Source: Sedimentisphaerales bacterium (lineage in GTDB: Bacteria > Planctomycetota > Phycisphaerae > Sedimentisphaerales > SM23-30). Taken from it: 64,000 nt of DNA. Location of the stretch: assembly GCA_963663965.2 (NCBI GenBank), contig CAXXFK010000019.1, positions 64,001 to 128,000 on the forward strand. The letters run 5' to 3'. Every line of letters begins with the position of its first letter. The stretch's first letter is position 1. The notes under the pieces are model-generated. The model was not told the DNA's origin. It did not search any database and saw only the letters and a list, made by a program, of their open reading frames with translations. Both the position numbers and the translations under genes were made by a program. Shown here piece by piece: positions 39,777-50,020 of this stretch.

Positions 39777-40778
39777 ATGATTGTTATTGAATCCTACTCG
39801 GTTGCCGTGGAGTTGTGTTTTATCACGATGATCTGCTGGGGGTCGTGGGCCAATACGCAGAAGCTGGCCAGCCGGGACTGGAAATTTCAGTTGTTTTACT
39901 GGGATTATTCGATTGGGGTGTTACTGCTGTCGCTGGTGTCGGCGTTTACGCTGGGTAGTATGGGCTCAGCCGGCCGGGGCTTTCTGGCGGATCTGGGTCA
40001 GGCGGACGGCGGGGCGATCGGCTCGGCGCTGCTGGGAGGGGTGATCTTTAATCTGTCGAATATCCTGCTGGTCGCGGCGATCGATATCGCCGGGATGGCG
40101 GTCGCGTTTCCGATCGGGGTGGGACTGGCGCTGGTGCTGGGTGTGATTATCAATTATGTGGGGACGCCGGTGGGAAATCCGATCCTGCTGTTTGGGGGTG
40201 TTGGCGCGGTGACGCTGGCGATTATCCTGGACGCGCTGGCGTATAAACGGCTGGGCGGCCAGAACAAGACGACGGCCAAGGGGATCATTATTTCGGTGGC
40301 GGCGGGTTTATTGATGAGTCTGTTTTATCGTTTTGTCGGGGATTCGATGGCGGACGACTTTGTTGAAATGGAGGCGGGCAAGCTGAGTCCTTATACGGCG
40401 GTGGTGATCTTCTCGTTGGGGCTGTTTCTGTCGAGTTTTATCTGGAACAGTCTGGTGATGGTAAAACCGTTTACGGGTGAGCCGGTTGCCTTTGGGGATT
40501 ATTTTCGGAAAGGGAACGCACGTCTGCATCTGGTGGGGATTCTGGGTGGCGTGATCTGGAATGTGGGGATGTCGTTAAGCATTATCGCGTCCGGGACCGC
40601 GGGGGTGGCGATTTCTTATGGCCTGGGCCAGGGCGCGACCATGATCGCGGCGTTCTGGGGTGTATTTATCTGGAAAGAGTTTAAGCAGGCGCCGACAGGC
40701 ACCAACCGGTTACTGGCGCTGATGTTTGTGTTTTATCTGGTGGGTCTGACACTGGTGATTCTGGCCCGGGTTATTTGA
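39777..40778 (+). CDS. DMT-superfamily ribose/ureide-type sugar permease
   Basis: About 10 TM, CWGSWANT.K, FYWDY, AG..VAFP.G.G.ALV.G, SYGLGQGA...A.WG...WKEF. First gene before ribokinase. Confidence 0.8.
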   Translation: MIVIESYSVAVELCFITMICWGSWANTQKLASRDWKFQLFYWDYSIGVLLLSLVSAFTLGSMGSAGRGFLADLGQADGGAIGSALLGGVIFNLSNILLVAAIDIAGMAVAFPIGVGLALVLGVIINYVGTPVGNPILLFGGVGAVTLAIILDALAYKRLGGQNKTTAKGIIISVAAGLLMSLFYRFVGDSMADDFVEMEAGKLSPYTAVVIFSLGLFLSSFIWNSLVMVKPFTGEPVAFGDYFRKGNARLHLVGILGGVIWNVGMSLSIIASGTAGVAISYGLGQGATMIAAFWGVFIWKEFKQAPTGTNRLLALMFVFYLVGLTLVILARVI

Positions 40779-40821
40779 TAGGCGCTGATAAGAGCCGGTG
40801 AGGCTGGAAAGGATTATACCC

Positions 40822-41736
40822 ATGAAACAGAAGATCGTCTGTGTCGGGAGTTCCAATACCGACATGATTTTACGTACGCATCGTATTCCACAGCCGGGAG
40901 AGACGGTGTTGGGCGGGGCCTTTTCGACGGCGGCCGGCGGCAAGGGCGCCAATCAGGCGGTGGCGGCGGCCCGGGCCGGGGGTGAGGTGAGTTTTATCGC
41001 GCGGTTTGGGGATGATATGCTGGGCCGCAAGGCGCGTGAGGAACTGGCGCGGGATGGGATTGATCTGGATGGTTCGATTGTCGATTCAAGCGCTCCTTCG
41101 GGTGTGGCGTTTATTTTCGTTGACGATCAGGGGCAGAACAGTATTGGGGTGGCGCCGGGCGCCAATGGCAATCTGTCAATTGAGGATGTGGAACAGCACC
41201 GGGGATTGATTGAAGGGGCGGGAATTCTGCTGATGCAGTTGGAGATCCCACTGGCCACCATTGAACGGGCGGCGGCTATTGCCGCGGAGGCGGGTGTGAA
41301 AACGATTCTGGATCCGGCGCCGGCGGTTGCCTTGAGCGAGACGCTGCTGAGCCGGATTGATATTGTGACACCGAATGAATCGGAGGCGGAAATTTTAACG
41401 GGCCTGAGCGTGAAGACTGCCGGTGAGGCTGAAGCGGCAGGGCGTCGATTGCTGGAGATGGGGGCGAAGGTGGCGATTGTTACGCTGGGGGCGCAGGGAG
41501 CTTTGGTGGTGACGGGTGAGGGTGTTGAGCGGGTGGCAGGGTATCCGGTGCGGGCGGTTGATTCGACGGCCGCGGGGGATACTTTTGCCGGGGCGCTGGC
41601 GGTGGGATTGGCGGAAGGACTGGCATTGAGAGAGGCGGTGGCGTTTGCCAATCGGGCGGCGGCGTTGTCGGTGATGACGCTGGGGGCCCAGCCATCCATT
41701 CCAACGCGGGCCCAGATTGAGGCGTTTGGGGGGTGA
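40822..41736 (+). CDS. rbsK: Ribokinase
   Basis: GSSNTD, P.PGET, GGKGANQAVA, QLEIP, PAPA, TPNESEA, DSTAAGDTF.G. Confidence 0.93.
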   Translation: MKQKIVCVGSSNTDMILRTHRIPQPGETVLGGAFSTAAGGKGANQAVAAARAGGEVSFIARFGDDMLGRKAREELARDGIDLDGSIVDSSAPSGVAFIFVDDQGQNSIGVAPGANGNLSIEDVEQHRGLIEGAGILLMQLEIPLATIERAAAIAAEAGVKTILDPAPAVALSETLLSRIDIVTPNESEAEILTGLSVKTAGEAEAAGRRLLEMGAKVAIVTLGAQGALVVTGEGVERVAGYPVRAVDSTAAGDTFAGALAVGLAEGLALREAVAFANRAAALSVMTLGAQPSIPTRAQIEAFGG

Positions 41737-41824
41737 TGATGCGATTGTGTTGGATATTAGTGGTATCAGGCCGGACTCTGCGGATGAGTCGGCATATTTA
41801 TATTACAGGGAAGGCGACTAGTCG

Positions 41825-42844
41825 ATGTACAAAGTGAAACAATTTATCTATTATGCAATGATTTTGTTTTTGGGATTCACGCTGGTATCCTGCCGGGGTT
41901 TGTCTTCGGGCGGCGAGGCGGATGGCGGCGGGCCGATGCGGGTGATTTTCGATACCGATATCGGCGGGGATTATGATGATGTGGGGGCGCTGGGGATGCT
42001 GCACGCGTTGGCCGACCGGGGTGAGGTGAAGATTCTGGCGACGGTGGCTTCGAATAAGAGTCCGCTGGTGGTACCGAGTATTGAGGTGATCAATACCTAT
42101 TTTGGGCGGGGTGATCTGCCGATTGGCGCGCCCAAGACCGGTGGGGTATCACACGACAGCGGGGAGTTGCGCTGGCCGCATTATCTGGCGGAACATTATC
42201 CGCATACTTATCAAAGCACCAGTGAGGCGCCGGACGCGGTGGCGGTGTACCGGAAGATCCTGGCGCGGCAGCCGGATAGTTCGGTGACGATTATCACGGT
42301 GGGATTTCTGACGAATATGAAGAACTTGTTGATGTCGGAGCCGGATGGTATCTCACCGATGGGTGGCGCTGAGCTGGTGGCCCGGAAGGTACAATACTGG
42401 GTGGCGATGGCGGGCGCGTTTCCGGAGGGGAAAGAGTATAATGTTCATGTCGATGCCGCGTCGTCAAGTTACGCGATCGAGCACTGGCCGACTCCGATTG
42501 TGTTCAGCGGGTTTGAGATTGGCGATGAGGTGTTAACCGGTTTGCGGTTGATAAAGGATGGGCCGGAGGACAGTCCGATCCGGATGACGTATGCCCTGAG
42601 TATTCCCCAGCGCGCTTATGACCGGAATGGTCGGCGGAGTTGGGATCAGACCGCGGTACTGGTAGCGATACGAGGATTGGATCCCTATTATTCGTGGCGG
42701 ACCGGGTGGTTTGTTACGCGTCCGGATGGCAGTAATGGCTGGCGGGATGATCCTGACGGGAAGCATCGATACCTGGTGCGTAAGATGGATCCGAAAGAGG
42801 TGACTTATGAGATAGAGACTTTGATGATGCACCAGAGGCAATAG
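41825..42844 (+). CDS. Lipoprotein nucleoside hydrolase (IU-NH family)
   Basis: Lipobox LVSC, IFDTDIGGDYDDVGAL, VGFLTN, MAG.FP.G.E.N, SWD.TAVL. Confidence 0.85.
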   Translation: MYKVKQFIYYAMILFLGFTLVSCRGLSSGGEADGGGPMRVIFDTDIGGDYDDVGALGMLHALADRGEVKILATVASNKSPLVVPSIEVINTYFGRGDLPIGAPKTGGVSHDSGELRWPHYLAEHYPHTYQSTSEAPDAVAVYRKILARQPDSSVTIITVGFLTNMKNLLMSEPDGISPMGGAELVARKVQYWVAMAGAFPEGKEYNVHVDAASSSYAIEHWPTPIVFSGFEIGDEVLTGLRLIKDGPEDSPIRMTYALSIPQRAYDRNGRRSWDQTAVLVAIRGLDPYYSWRTGWFVTRPDGSNGWRDDPDGKHRYLVRKMDPKEVTYEIETLMMHQRQ

Positions 42845-42874
42845 AACGATCTGTCTACAGATGATTTTTGAAGT

Positions 42875-42915
42875 AAAAAATGTAGGGATCAGGTTTAATC
42901 ATTAAACCTGATCCC
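42875..42915. terminator. Hairpin terminator between convergent genes
   Basis: GGGATCAGGTTTAAT-C-ATTAAACCTGATCCC preceded by A6. Confidence 0.8.
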
Positions 42916-42946
42916 CATATCTATATCAGAGCTGAGAGCGTGTCCT

Positions 42947-45751
42947 TCATGGACAGGAACTCAGCCACTGTTGCGACATGATCATCAGATCGGCGAGATC
43001 GACATAGCGGTCGCAGTTGAGGTCGGCGCATTCGTAGCAGCCGGTATCGGGAATGATGAGATAGTCTTCGGTTTCACCGTAATCGTATCCGTTGGAAGGA
43101 CCGCAACCCGCGTCGCGCTGTGGCTGCGGACGCCAGGGCTGTTCCGCCAGGGTGATGCGCAGCCACATTTCTTCAGGGCGTTCGGGATCATGCCAGCAGA
43201 GGAACCCGGGTGTACGGATCTGGTTCATACCCAGTTGCAGGTTGACCAGAAGCTGGTTTTGAACGACCCATTCGGGCGCGGGGCCTTTGGGGCATTCCAT
43301 GACGTCGTTCCAGTCACCGTCGCGGTTCCAGTCGCACCAGATATTAACGTACATGTCCATAGGAACGGCTAGGCCGGCGACGTTAATCAGATAGTCAAGC
43401 GCGGTCCAGCGGCAATGCGGCATGTGGACGGGGAATAACAATCCATCGTCTGCAACGTCGTTGTCCGGCTGGTTAGCGGGTGGAACGATATTATTGATAC
43501 CGTCCATATCGGGTCCGGAATCGGCTTCGAGTTCGAGGGAAACGGCCGGTCCCAGCCAGGCGACTGCCTGGGGATTGAAGTGGATGGGGCCGGGTGAGCC
43601 GCCGACACCGATCAATGCCTGAAAGACCGTTGGATAGTTGGCCTGGGTTCCGTCAGGATAGGCGGTCATGGCGACGCCGTGGTTATTGGTGCTATCGGGC
43701 GCGTCGCCCAGATCGGCCAGGTAGGGGACTTCTCCGATTTCGATGAGATAGTCTTCGACTTCGCCATTTTCGGCCGGACCGTCATAAGGCAGGCCGCCCA
43801 TGGAGCTGAAACGGAAGCGGGCATAGCATGGACTGAAATAACCCGCGACCGCCGGCGGGACATGGAATGTCAGGGTATTGTCGCCAGCTGAAAGCGGCTG
43901 GATGGCAAAGACCTGTTCATTGGCATCATCCCAGTCGCCATCGCCGTTGAAATCGAACCAGGCGTCCAGATAGCCATCGATAGAGGCCGTGACGATCACC
44001 GTAGCCGGGAATCCGGCATAGAGTGGAGATGGGAATACCACACCATCTTCGTCGTCAATACCGGTGGCGGGATTGATATCATCGCCATCGGCCGGGATGG
44101 TGGGTTGCCCATCGCGTTCGATATCCACGGTGGCGCCCAGGAAGGTGATATTATCAACGGTGTGACGGGCGCCGTTACGGGCCAGAGTGGTTGGATAGCT
44201 GGTGTTGTCTTCGGGGGCATCGCCGAAGTCGAGTTTGGGGATATCGGCGGTGGTGAGGACAAAGGCCATGTCCATGGAATTGCCCTGGAGATCCACTAAT
44301 GGTTCACCTTCTTCGAACATCCATTCGATACCTGGAGTAGTGGGACGGTAGATGCGTACCGCATCATCGTTGAAGAAGTGCGGCCGGCATTTCCAGCCCC
44401 AGGGATATTCCGGCGGTATGATGTCGGGATAGAACGCGGCGATACTGATCCAGTAGATGCGTCCCTCCTGAGTGGGATCGGGATCCTGATAGAACCATAG
44501 TTCTTTGGGGATGATGAAATGGTATTCGAAGCAAGTATCGACGATCGGTTCCTGATCCGGCGAGAGCGGATAGAAATCGCAGCCGACCCAGCGTTCCTGC
44601 AGTTCCATGCGGGGAACGTACCATTCCCAGACGACCATACCGGGATGGCTCCAGGTCCGGTCTTCGCCGGCGGGAACGTCGGTCCAGATGGCAATGTGGA
44701 ACATTTCGGGGCCCATGTTGGGTGGTTCCGGACTGTCATAGCCGATATAGGAGCCCCACCAGTGGATGTCCGTGATGGGCCGGTCATCGCGACAGGCCCA
44801 GTCATCAGCGAGGATCTGGAATTTGGCATTGGGGCCCTGGGGACAATCGTATGGCGGTGGTATGGGAGATTGAAAATATTCCATCATAATCATCTGATCC
44901 AGATCATTGACCATGAGATCATGGTTGAAATCGGCACAGGGATCATAAGGTGGGTAGGGATAGATACCTCCAAAAGCGTTAACCAGTGTGGCCATGTCGG
45001 CGAGGTTTACTATCCCATCACAATTGGCATCCCCATGGCACTGGGTGAGGCAATTCCAGCAGTCAAACCAGAGTATGGATTCGCCGAAGGTGGAGCGAAC
45101 ATCCCACCCCCAGAAACAGTCGGGGTAGGGAGAGTCATTGACGGTAACGGGAGGTTGGGACCACTTGACCCGATAGCCCTTCATGAGGGCAGCCGCACCG
45201 AGAATGGCGACGTCGTCGCCGCCAAGCCGGCCGACGCCCTGATCGTTAACCTGTACCTGATGGCATTTAAAAGGCAGGTCTTTGACAATGATCAGGGCGG
45301 TTTGCGAGTTAGGCGAGGTGCCCATATCCAGGCGGGCGACTTCGATATTATCGACCAGCACCTGAGCCAGACCGTCATTGATATCGCCAAGCAGGTGGAT
45401 GGAGACGATTTGACTGGGAACCTGGGTTGTGGCCCAGGCGGAGTGTCCGGCATTGCGCATCCAGATTTCGTTGACGTTTCCATGAATGGCTCCCGGAGAG
45501 CTAACGGTCCAATCGTCGTACCAGCTGGGCGCCTGATAATCGGCATCCTGCCAGTCGATGATGTTGTATCCTTGAACGGTCTCGGTCCCGGCGAGAGGAT
45601 TTTCGAATTCGAGCTGGCCGATAGAGAGTGTCAGGGTAATGTCGGTATTGGCACTCTGGGACAAAACCTGGATACCAGAAGCTTGATTGGTTAAAAAGAG
45701 ACAAAGGAAACAAAGAATAAACGACCATCCTAAGAGTTTATTATTAGCCAT
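42947..45751 (-). CDS. Large secreted protein with two GEVED-type modules and two dockerin-like motifs
   Basis: Signal peptide, GDANCDGIVNLAD, ADDW.C...PITDIHWWGSY, DFGDAP, AWFDFNGDGDW, GEVEDY, GETEDY, ADLNCD..VDLADL...QWL. Confidence 0.82.
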   Translation of the reverse strand: MANNKLLGWSFILCFLCLFLTNQASGIQVLSQSANTDITLTLSIGQLEFENPLAGTETVQGYNIIDWQDADYQAPSWYDDWTVSSPGAIHGNVNEIWMRNAGHSAWATTQVPSQIVSIHLLGDINDGLAQVLVDNIEVARLDMGTSPNSQTALIIVKDLPFKCHQVQVNDQGVGRLGGDDVAILGAAALMKGYRVKWSQPPVTVNDSPYPDCFWGWDVRSTFGESILWFDCWNCLTQCHGDANCDGIVNLADMATLVNAFGGIYPYPPYDPCADFNHDLMVNDLDQMIMMEYFQSPIPPPYDCPQGPNAKFQILADDWACRDDRPITDIHWWGSYIGYDSPEPPNMGPEMFHIAIWTDVPAGEDRTWSHPGMVVWEWYVPRMELQERWVGCDFYPLSPDQEPIVDTCFEYHFIIPKELWFYQDPDPTQEGRIYWISIAAFYPDIIPPEYPWGWKCRPHFFNDDAVRIYRPTTPGIEWMFEEGEPLVDLQGNSMDMAFVLTTADIPKLDFGDAPEDNTSYPTTLARNGARHTVDNITFLGATVDIERDGQPTIPADGDDINPATGIDDEDGVVFPSPLYAGFPATVIVTASIDGYLDAWFDFNGDGDWDDANEQVFAIQPLSAGDNTLTFHVPPAVAGYFSPCYARFRFSSMGGLPYDGPAENGEVEDYLIEIGEVPYLADLGDAPDSTNNHGVAMTAYPDGTQANYPTVFQALIGVGGSPGPIHFNPQAVAWLGPAVSLELEADSGPDMDGINNIVPPANQPDNDVADDGLLFPVHMPHCRWTALDYLINVAGLAVPMDMYVNIWCDWNRDGDWNDVMECPKGPAPEWVVQNQLLVNLQLGMNQIRTPGFLCWHDPERPEEMWLRITLAEQPWRPQPQRDAGCGPSNGYDYGETEDYLIIPDTGCYECADLNCDRYVDLADLMIMSQQWLSSCP

Positions 45752-45945
45752 AATCAGACCTCCAACAAAGTAAAAGTGAGTTTATATTATCTGCATATAT
45801 AGAAACTCTCTCACTCTTAACCGTTTTTGAGCGGTTACGACCAAACAGGTTACCTGATTAATGGATTAAAGTATCAGAGAGGAATGGTTTTCCACCTTAA
45901 ATTTAATATTTTTCTGACAGGGTAATTGGTGAAACGACCAAGGAA

Positions 45946-47241
45946 TCAGCGGGTAGATTTGGTAAGTTCGCGGATCACGGCGGTGGCGTAGGAGCCGGGA
46001 TCGAGGGTGAATTGGAGTTGGAGGAAATCGCCGTGGTGGTCACGGCCGGAGGATATTTCGGGTTGGTGAATCGGGATACGGAGTGGGCGGCGGCCGGTAC
46101 GGGCGTCGAATTTATTGAGCAGGTCGAATTCTGGAGGTCCGATAACTGCTTGTTGCAGGATGGCGTTTTCGATTTCAGCGGCGGGTCCGGAGGGGCTGGA
46201 CATTCTGGGTCCTGGCAGTGGGCCAGTCGGGCTGATTTCGAAGCGATCACAACGGGGTTGTTCCCGGGTGGCGTTTTTGACCAGGAATACGTCGGCCGTG
46301 TTGTGAATCCAGGCGAGGTCGCCGGTCAGAAGCTGGTCGATCTGAGGCATACGGGTGGCAAGAACACGATTGAAAATCAAGGATTGCCAGGCGGACACAT
46401 AGAAATTTTTAAGTGAAGCGCTGACGGCGTGGCAGGCTTTGCGTTTGCGTCCGCCATTGATCATGAGTTGGTGGAGGGCCTGGCGGTGATCGGCGAAGAG
46501 GTAGGGCCAGGCACGGTGAGCTTTGCGGTAATCGCCTTGATCATACAGGGCTCGCGCGCGCGCGACAGGCGGGGAATCAAGGGGACCGGGATGCCCCAGG
46601 AGCAGGTCCATAAAGTGGTCGATCTGATTATGAATGAGGGCTTCGCCCAGGAGATGGTTGTCGAGGCGATTGCCGAACCGCTGGGGACCGAAGTAGTTGG
46701 GGACGCCCCGGTGAGTCAGCAGAGAGATCACGGATTCGGCGCGGGAAGCAGCGCGTTTGAGGCTGAAACGCAGACGGCGGAGCCGGATAGTGAAGCGGTT
46801 GCCGGCGAGATGGCCGAGTTTGATTTTGTTGTCGTGGCGTTCGATCTGAATAATTTTGAGGCCTTTGCGCCGGAATCGGTGGAGGCTGTTGAAGTCGACG
46901 CGTTCAAAAGAGAGCCATTGACGGGCGATGGCATGGGCGTCTTTGAGGCCGGCAAAACCGATACGGTGACGGGGAATATTCAGATGCTGGGCGAGGGCGG
47001 CGATGGCTTCGCGGGTGCCGATACCGCGTTTTTCGAGGAGGACGAAGAGGTGAGAGCCGCGTCCTGAAGGGGGATAGAGGGGGATTTCTTCAACGATAAA
47101 ATCGCTGTCAACGGTGCGGATCTGGCCGCCCAGGCCGGGATGGTCGGTGGTCAGGTATGGAAGATCGAGTATGGATGATTCGGCTTCGATTGAGAAAGTA
47201 TCCTGAAATGATTGACGTTGATATCGGTCAGCATCATACAC
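45946..47241 (-). CDS. truD: tRNA pseudouridine(13) synthase
   Basis: DFIVEE, AGLKD.HA..RQW, G.L.GNRF.IR, GVPNYFGPQRFG, QS..FN.VL..R, PTGPL, RRP, F.L..GSYAT...REL. Confidence 0.93.
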   Translation of the reverse strand: MYDADRYQRQSFQDTFSIEAESSILDLPYLTTDHPGLGGQIRTVDSDFIVEEIPLYPPSGRGSHLFVLLEKRGIGTREAIAALAQHLNIPRHRIGFAGLKDAHAIARQWLSFERVDFNSLHRFRRKGLKIIQIERHDNKIKLGHLAGNRFTIRLRRLRFSLKRAASRAESVISLLTHRGVPNYFGPQRFGNRLDNHLLGEALIHNQIDHFMDLLLGHPGPLDSPPVARARALYDQGDYRKAHRAWPYLFADHRQALHQLMINGGRKRKACHAVSASLKNFYVSAWQSLIFNRVLATRMPQIDQLLTGDLAWIHNTADVFLVKNATREQPRCDRFEISPTGPLPGPRMSSPSGPAAEIENAILQQAVIGPPEFDLLNKFDARTGRRPLRIPIHQPEISSGRDHHGDFLQLQFTLDPGSYATAVIRELTKSTR

Positions 47242-47439
47242 GATTGTTGAGGGAAGTCAATGGGTGAATATTTTGGATTATGGATGAAAACCAGTTGGAG
47301 TGTATGTTGTAATATTCTGTTAAATAAAGAATTATGTTATTAAAAGTTGGTGTCAACAAAATAAATAACACTGTGTCTATATGATTTGTTGTGTTAAAAT
47401 GGTAAAATTGGGTAATATGGAAAATATATTCTTATTGTT

Positions 47440-47468
47440 TTGACATTTGGCGGGTAATTTTTTATGAT
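47440..47468 (+). promoter_or_regulatory. Sigma-70 promoter
   Basis: TTGACA-17 nt-TATGAT upstream of 47497. Confidence 0.65.
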
Positions 47469-47496
47469 GGTTAATTAAAGGTAGCTGGAGAAATCA

Positions 47497-47982
47497 TTGA
47501 GCGAAGTAAGCGACAATCAGGGAGTTTTGTTGATCGGAATCGGTTGCGACCGGGAAGGAAGAGGCATTTTATCTGATTGGATATCCGGTCAGGGACATGG
47601 GCGGGTGGTTTATTGTGATCAGGTTTTTGATGCGGCAGCGACGATTGTTCGGGAGCCGTCCGGCGTCAGGCTGGCGGCGGTATTATGGGGCAGGTTGATT
47701 GGGACTTTTGAACGCGAGTTTATTGCCTGGATGGGAAAGCAGGGGATGCCGCTGGGGGTCGTGGTTCCTAAAGAGGAAACGGGTCGAATCGACGGGCAAG
47801 ACTGGCCGGATAATGTTAAAAAGATCCTTCCTGATCAAATACCCGCATGGATCGAGACAAAGGGGCTCGTGCCGGAGCGTATGGAAATGAAAAGGTCTAA
47901 TCATGACTCATTGGCAAATGCCGTACCGGCAGGGGAAGCCGTGGAACTAACTCAGGATGAACTTGATTCCCTGATGAGATAG
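47497..47982 (+). CDS. Hypothetical protein
   Basis: GGAG RBS with TTG start, C-terminal LTQDELDSL motif, co-transcribed with the GGDEF gene. Confidence 0.55.
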   Translation: MSEVSDNQGVLLIGIGCDREGRGILSDWISGQGHGRVVYCDQVFDAAATIVREPSGVRLAAVLWGRLIGTFEREFIAWMGKQGMPLGVVVPKEETGRIDGQDWPDNVKKILPDQIPAWIETKGLVPERMEMKRSNHDSLANAVPAGEAVELTQDELDSLMR

Positions 47983-47999
47983 CATAAATCGCGTAACGA

Positions 48000-49373
48000 G
48001 TGAGATCGATGAAAGAAGCCAACAAAGGAATCGCGCTGAATATCCGACATGTCCCAAAGGGCCGTGGCGGCGGACCGGTTTTGCTGCTGGGCGATCAGGG
48101 TGAGTTGGAAGCGGCATTGCGGCAATCTTCGGTGGGACTAGTTATAAGCGCCCGTAGCTATATTGACGGGATCGAGGAATTGCAACGTCAGGAATATTGT
48201 CTGGTTCTGATCCATATTGAACCAGTCATCCAGCGTATTGGTGAGTTGCTGGCAGCTCTGGCCAAGATCCGGCCGGCGAGCCGGTTGGTGTGTTACGGAC
48301 CGGCCTGGTGTGAAGCGGAATTGATTCGGGGAAATTGCGTCAGCTGTGATTTCTGGCCTGCGCCGGTATCCTCAAGTCAGGTGACGCGTCTGCTGGAAAC
48401 CCCAGGCGCGAGGAAAAATAACTGGAGAAGCGATACCCGAAAGCGTCAATCCGCAGGCCCGATACCGGTTAACGCCGAAATGGTAGTTCAATATCTCAAG
48501 GAATTGTCGGCAGAGATTCCCAATGGATTGGAATCGGTGGTGACCTACGCGACGGAACGGCTCAGGATTTTGCTGGGATTGGATTGGGTGGGTATCGATT
48601 TGCTTCATAGTGAATCGACGCAGGTTGACGGACCGGCGCGTCAGGTGGTTTCGTTGGCGTATGGCGGCGAAACGGTGGGGCGGCTATTACTGGGCAGGTC
48701 AGACCGAATGGATAAAATCAGCGGACAGGAAGACCAGATACGGTTACTGAGTGAATTAACGGCGACAACGATCGCGCTGTCCCGCCGGGAACAGGCATTG
48801 CGAGAGCTGGCAACCCGCGATGATTTGACGGGGGCTCATAACCGCCGGTATCTGGAACATTTTGTGCAGGAGATCATCGAATCAAACAAGGAGGAGCCGA
48901 CCCAGGCGACATTATTGATTTTTGATATCGATGATTTTAAACAGTATAACGACTGCTTTGGGCATTCGGCTGGTGATGAGATTTTGTGTGAAGTAACGCG
49001 CCTGATCCGGCATTGCTGCCGGGAACATGATGTTGTCGCGCGATTTGGAGGCGATGAGTTTATTGTGTTATTCTGGGATAACGAAGTACACCGTCAACCC
49101 AAAGGAGACCAGGGGTCCGGTCAGGAAGGACCGGACGCATCGCACGAAGAGAGTGTTTTGTTTATGTGTAATCGATTTCGGAGGATGATCGCGGGCAGCG
49201 AGTTTTCGTTTCTGGGGCCGCAAGCGCTGGGCCGGTTGTCGATCAGTGGCGGCGTCGCTCGTTTTCCGTATGATGGCGAGACGCTGGAAGCGCTGTTGGA
49301 GCAGGCGGATAAAGCGCTGCTGGAAGCCAAACGACAGGGCAAGAACCGCATCTATATTGCCGGGATAGAGTAG
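48000..49373 (+). CDS. Diguanylate cyclase (GGDEF)
   Basis: DDLTG..NRR, DIDDFK.YND..GH..GD, RxxD I-site (REHD), RFGGDEF, AD.AL..AK..GKN. Confidence 0.9.
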   Translation: MRSMKEANKGIALNIRHVPKGRGGGPVLLLGDQGELEAALRQSSVGLVISARSYIDGIEELQRQEYCLVLIHIEPVIQRIGELLAALAKIRPASRLVCYGPAWCEAELIRGNCVSCDFWPAPVSSSQVTRLLETPGARKNNWRSDTRKRQSAGPIPVNAEMVVQYLKELSAEIPNGLESVVTYATERLRILLGLDWVGIDLLHSESTQVDGPARQVVSLAYGGETVGRLLLGRSDRMDKISGQEDQIRLLSELTATTIALSRREQALRELATRDDLTGAHNRRYLEHFVQEIIESNKEEPTQATLLIFDIDDFKQYNDCFGHSAGDEILCEVTRLIRHCCREHDVVARFGGDEFIVLFWDNEVHRQPKGDQGSGQEGPDASHEESVLFMCNRFRRMIAGSEFSFLGPQALGRLSISGGVARFPYDGETLEALLEQADKALLEAKRQGKNRIYIAGIE

Positions 49374-49429
49374 TCACAGGCTGATAAATATGGTCGGGAG
49401 TTGGATTGCTTGTTAAAATAATAGAAAGT

Positions 49430-49458
49430 TTGACTTTTTTGTCGAAGCAGGCTATTAT
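49430..49458 (+). promoter_or_regulatory. Sigma-70 promoter
   Basis: TTGACT-17 nt-TATTAT upstream of the TlpA-like gene. Confidence 0.55.
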
Positions 49459-49514
49459 CCAGAAATAACAGAAAGGATTTAAATTTAGAAAACATTTCCA
49501 TGAAAGGATGTGTC

Positions 49515-50006
49515 ATGAGAACCAATTTATACGTGTTCGCTGTTATTACGCTGATATGCGCCGTGATTGTTGGATGTAAAAAGGTTGCGCCTGATCAGGC
49601 TGCCGGCCAGATTGAAGGGGTAACCTGGGTCAAGAACGGTCCGGTGACGATTGAACCGGGCAAGGTTTATGTCGTTGAGTTCTGGGCGACCTGGTGTCCG
49701 CCCTGCCGGGAGAGTATCCCCCATTTAACTGAAGTTCAACACGCCATGGCTTCACAGGATGTCACGATTATCGGGATCTCGAATGAAGATCTGGATAAGG
49801 TGAAAGAATATGTTGAGAGCATGGGAGATAAAATGGATTATGCCGTTGCGGTGGATACTGAAGGCAAAATGACCAAAGCCTATATGGATGCCTTTAATGT
49901 GCGTGGAATTCCCCATGCTTTTGTGATAGACAAGGCCGGCATGATTGCCTGGCAGGGTCATCCGATGGGAGATCTGGAAAGAGAGTTGGAGAAAGTTTTG
50001 AAATGA
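49515..50006 (+). CDS. TlpA-family thiol-disulfide reductase lipoprotein
   Basis: Lipobox IVGC, EFWATWCPPC..SIPHL, GIPHAF..D..G.I.W.GHP. Confidence 0.9.
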   Translation: MRTNLYVFAVITLICAVIVGCKKVAPDQAAGQIEGVTWVKNGPVTIEPGKVYVVEFWATWCPPCRESIPHLTEVQHAMASQDVTIIGISNEDLDKVKEYVESMGDKMDYAVAVDTEGKMTKAYMDAFNVRGIPHAFVIDKAGMIAWQGHPMGDLERELEKVLK

Positions 50007-50020
50007 TCATTGAAAAACCC

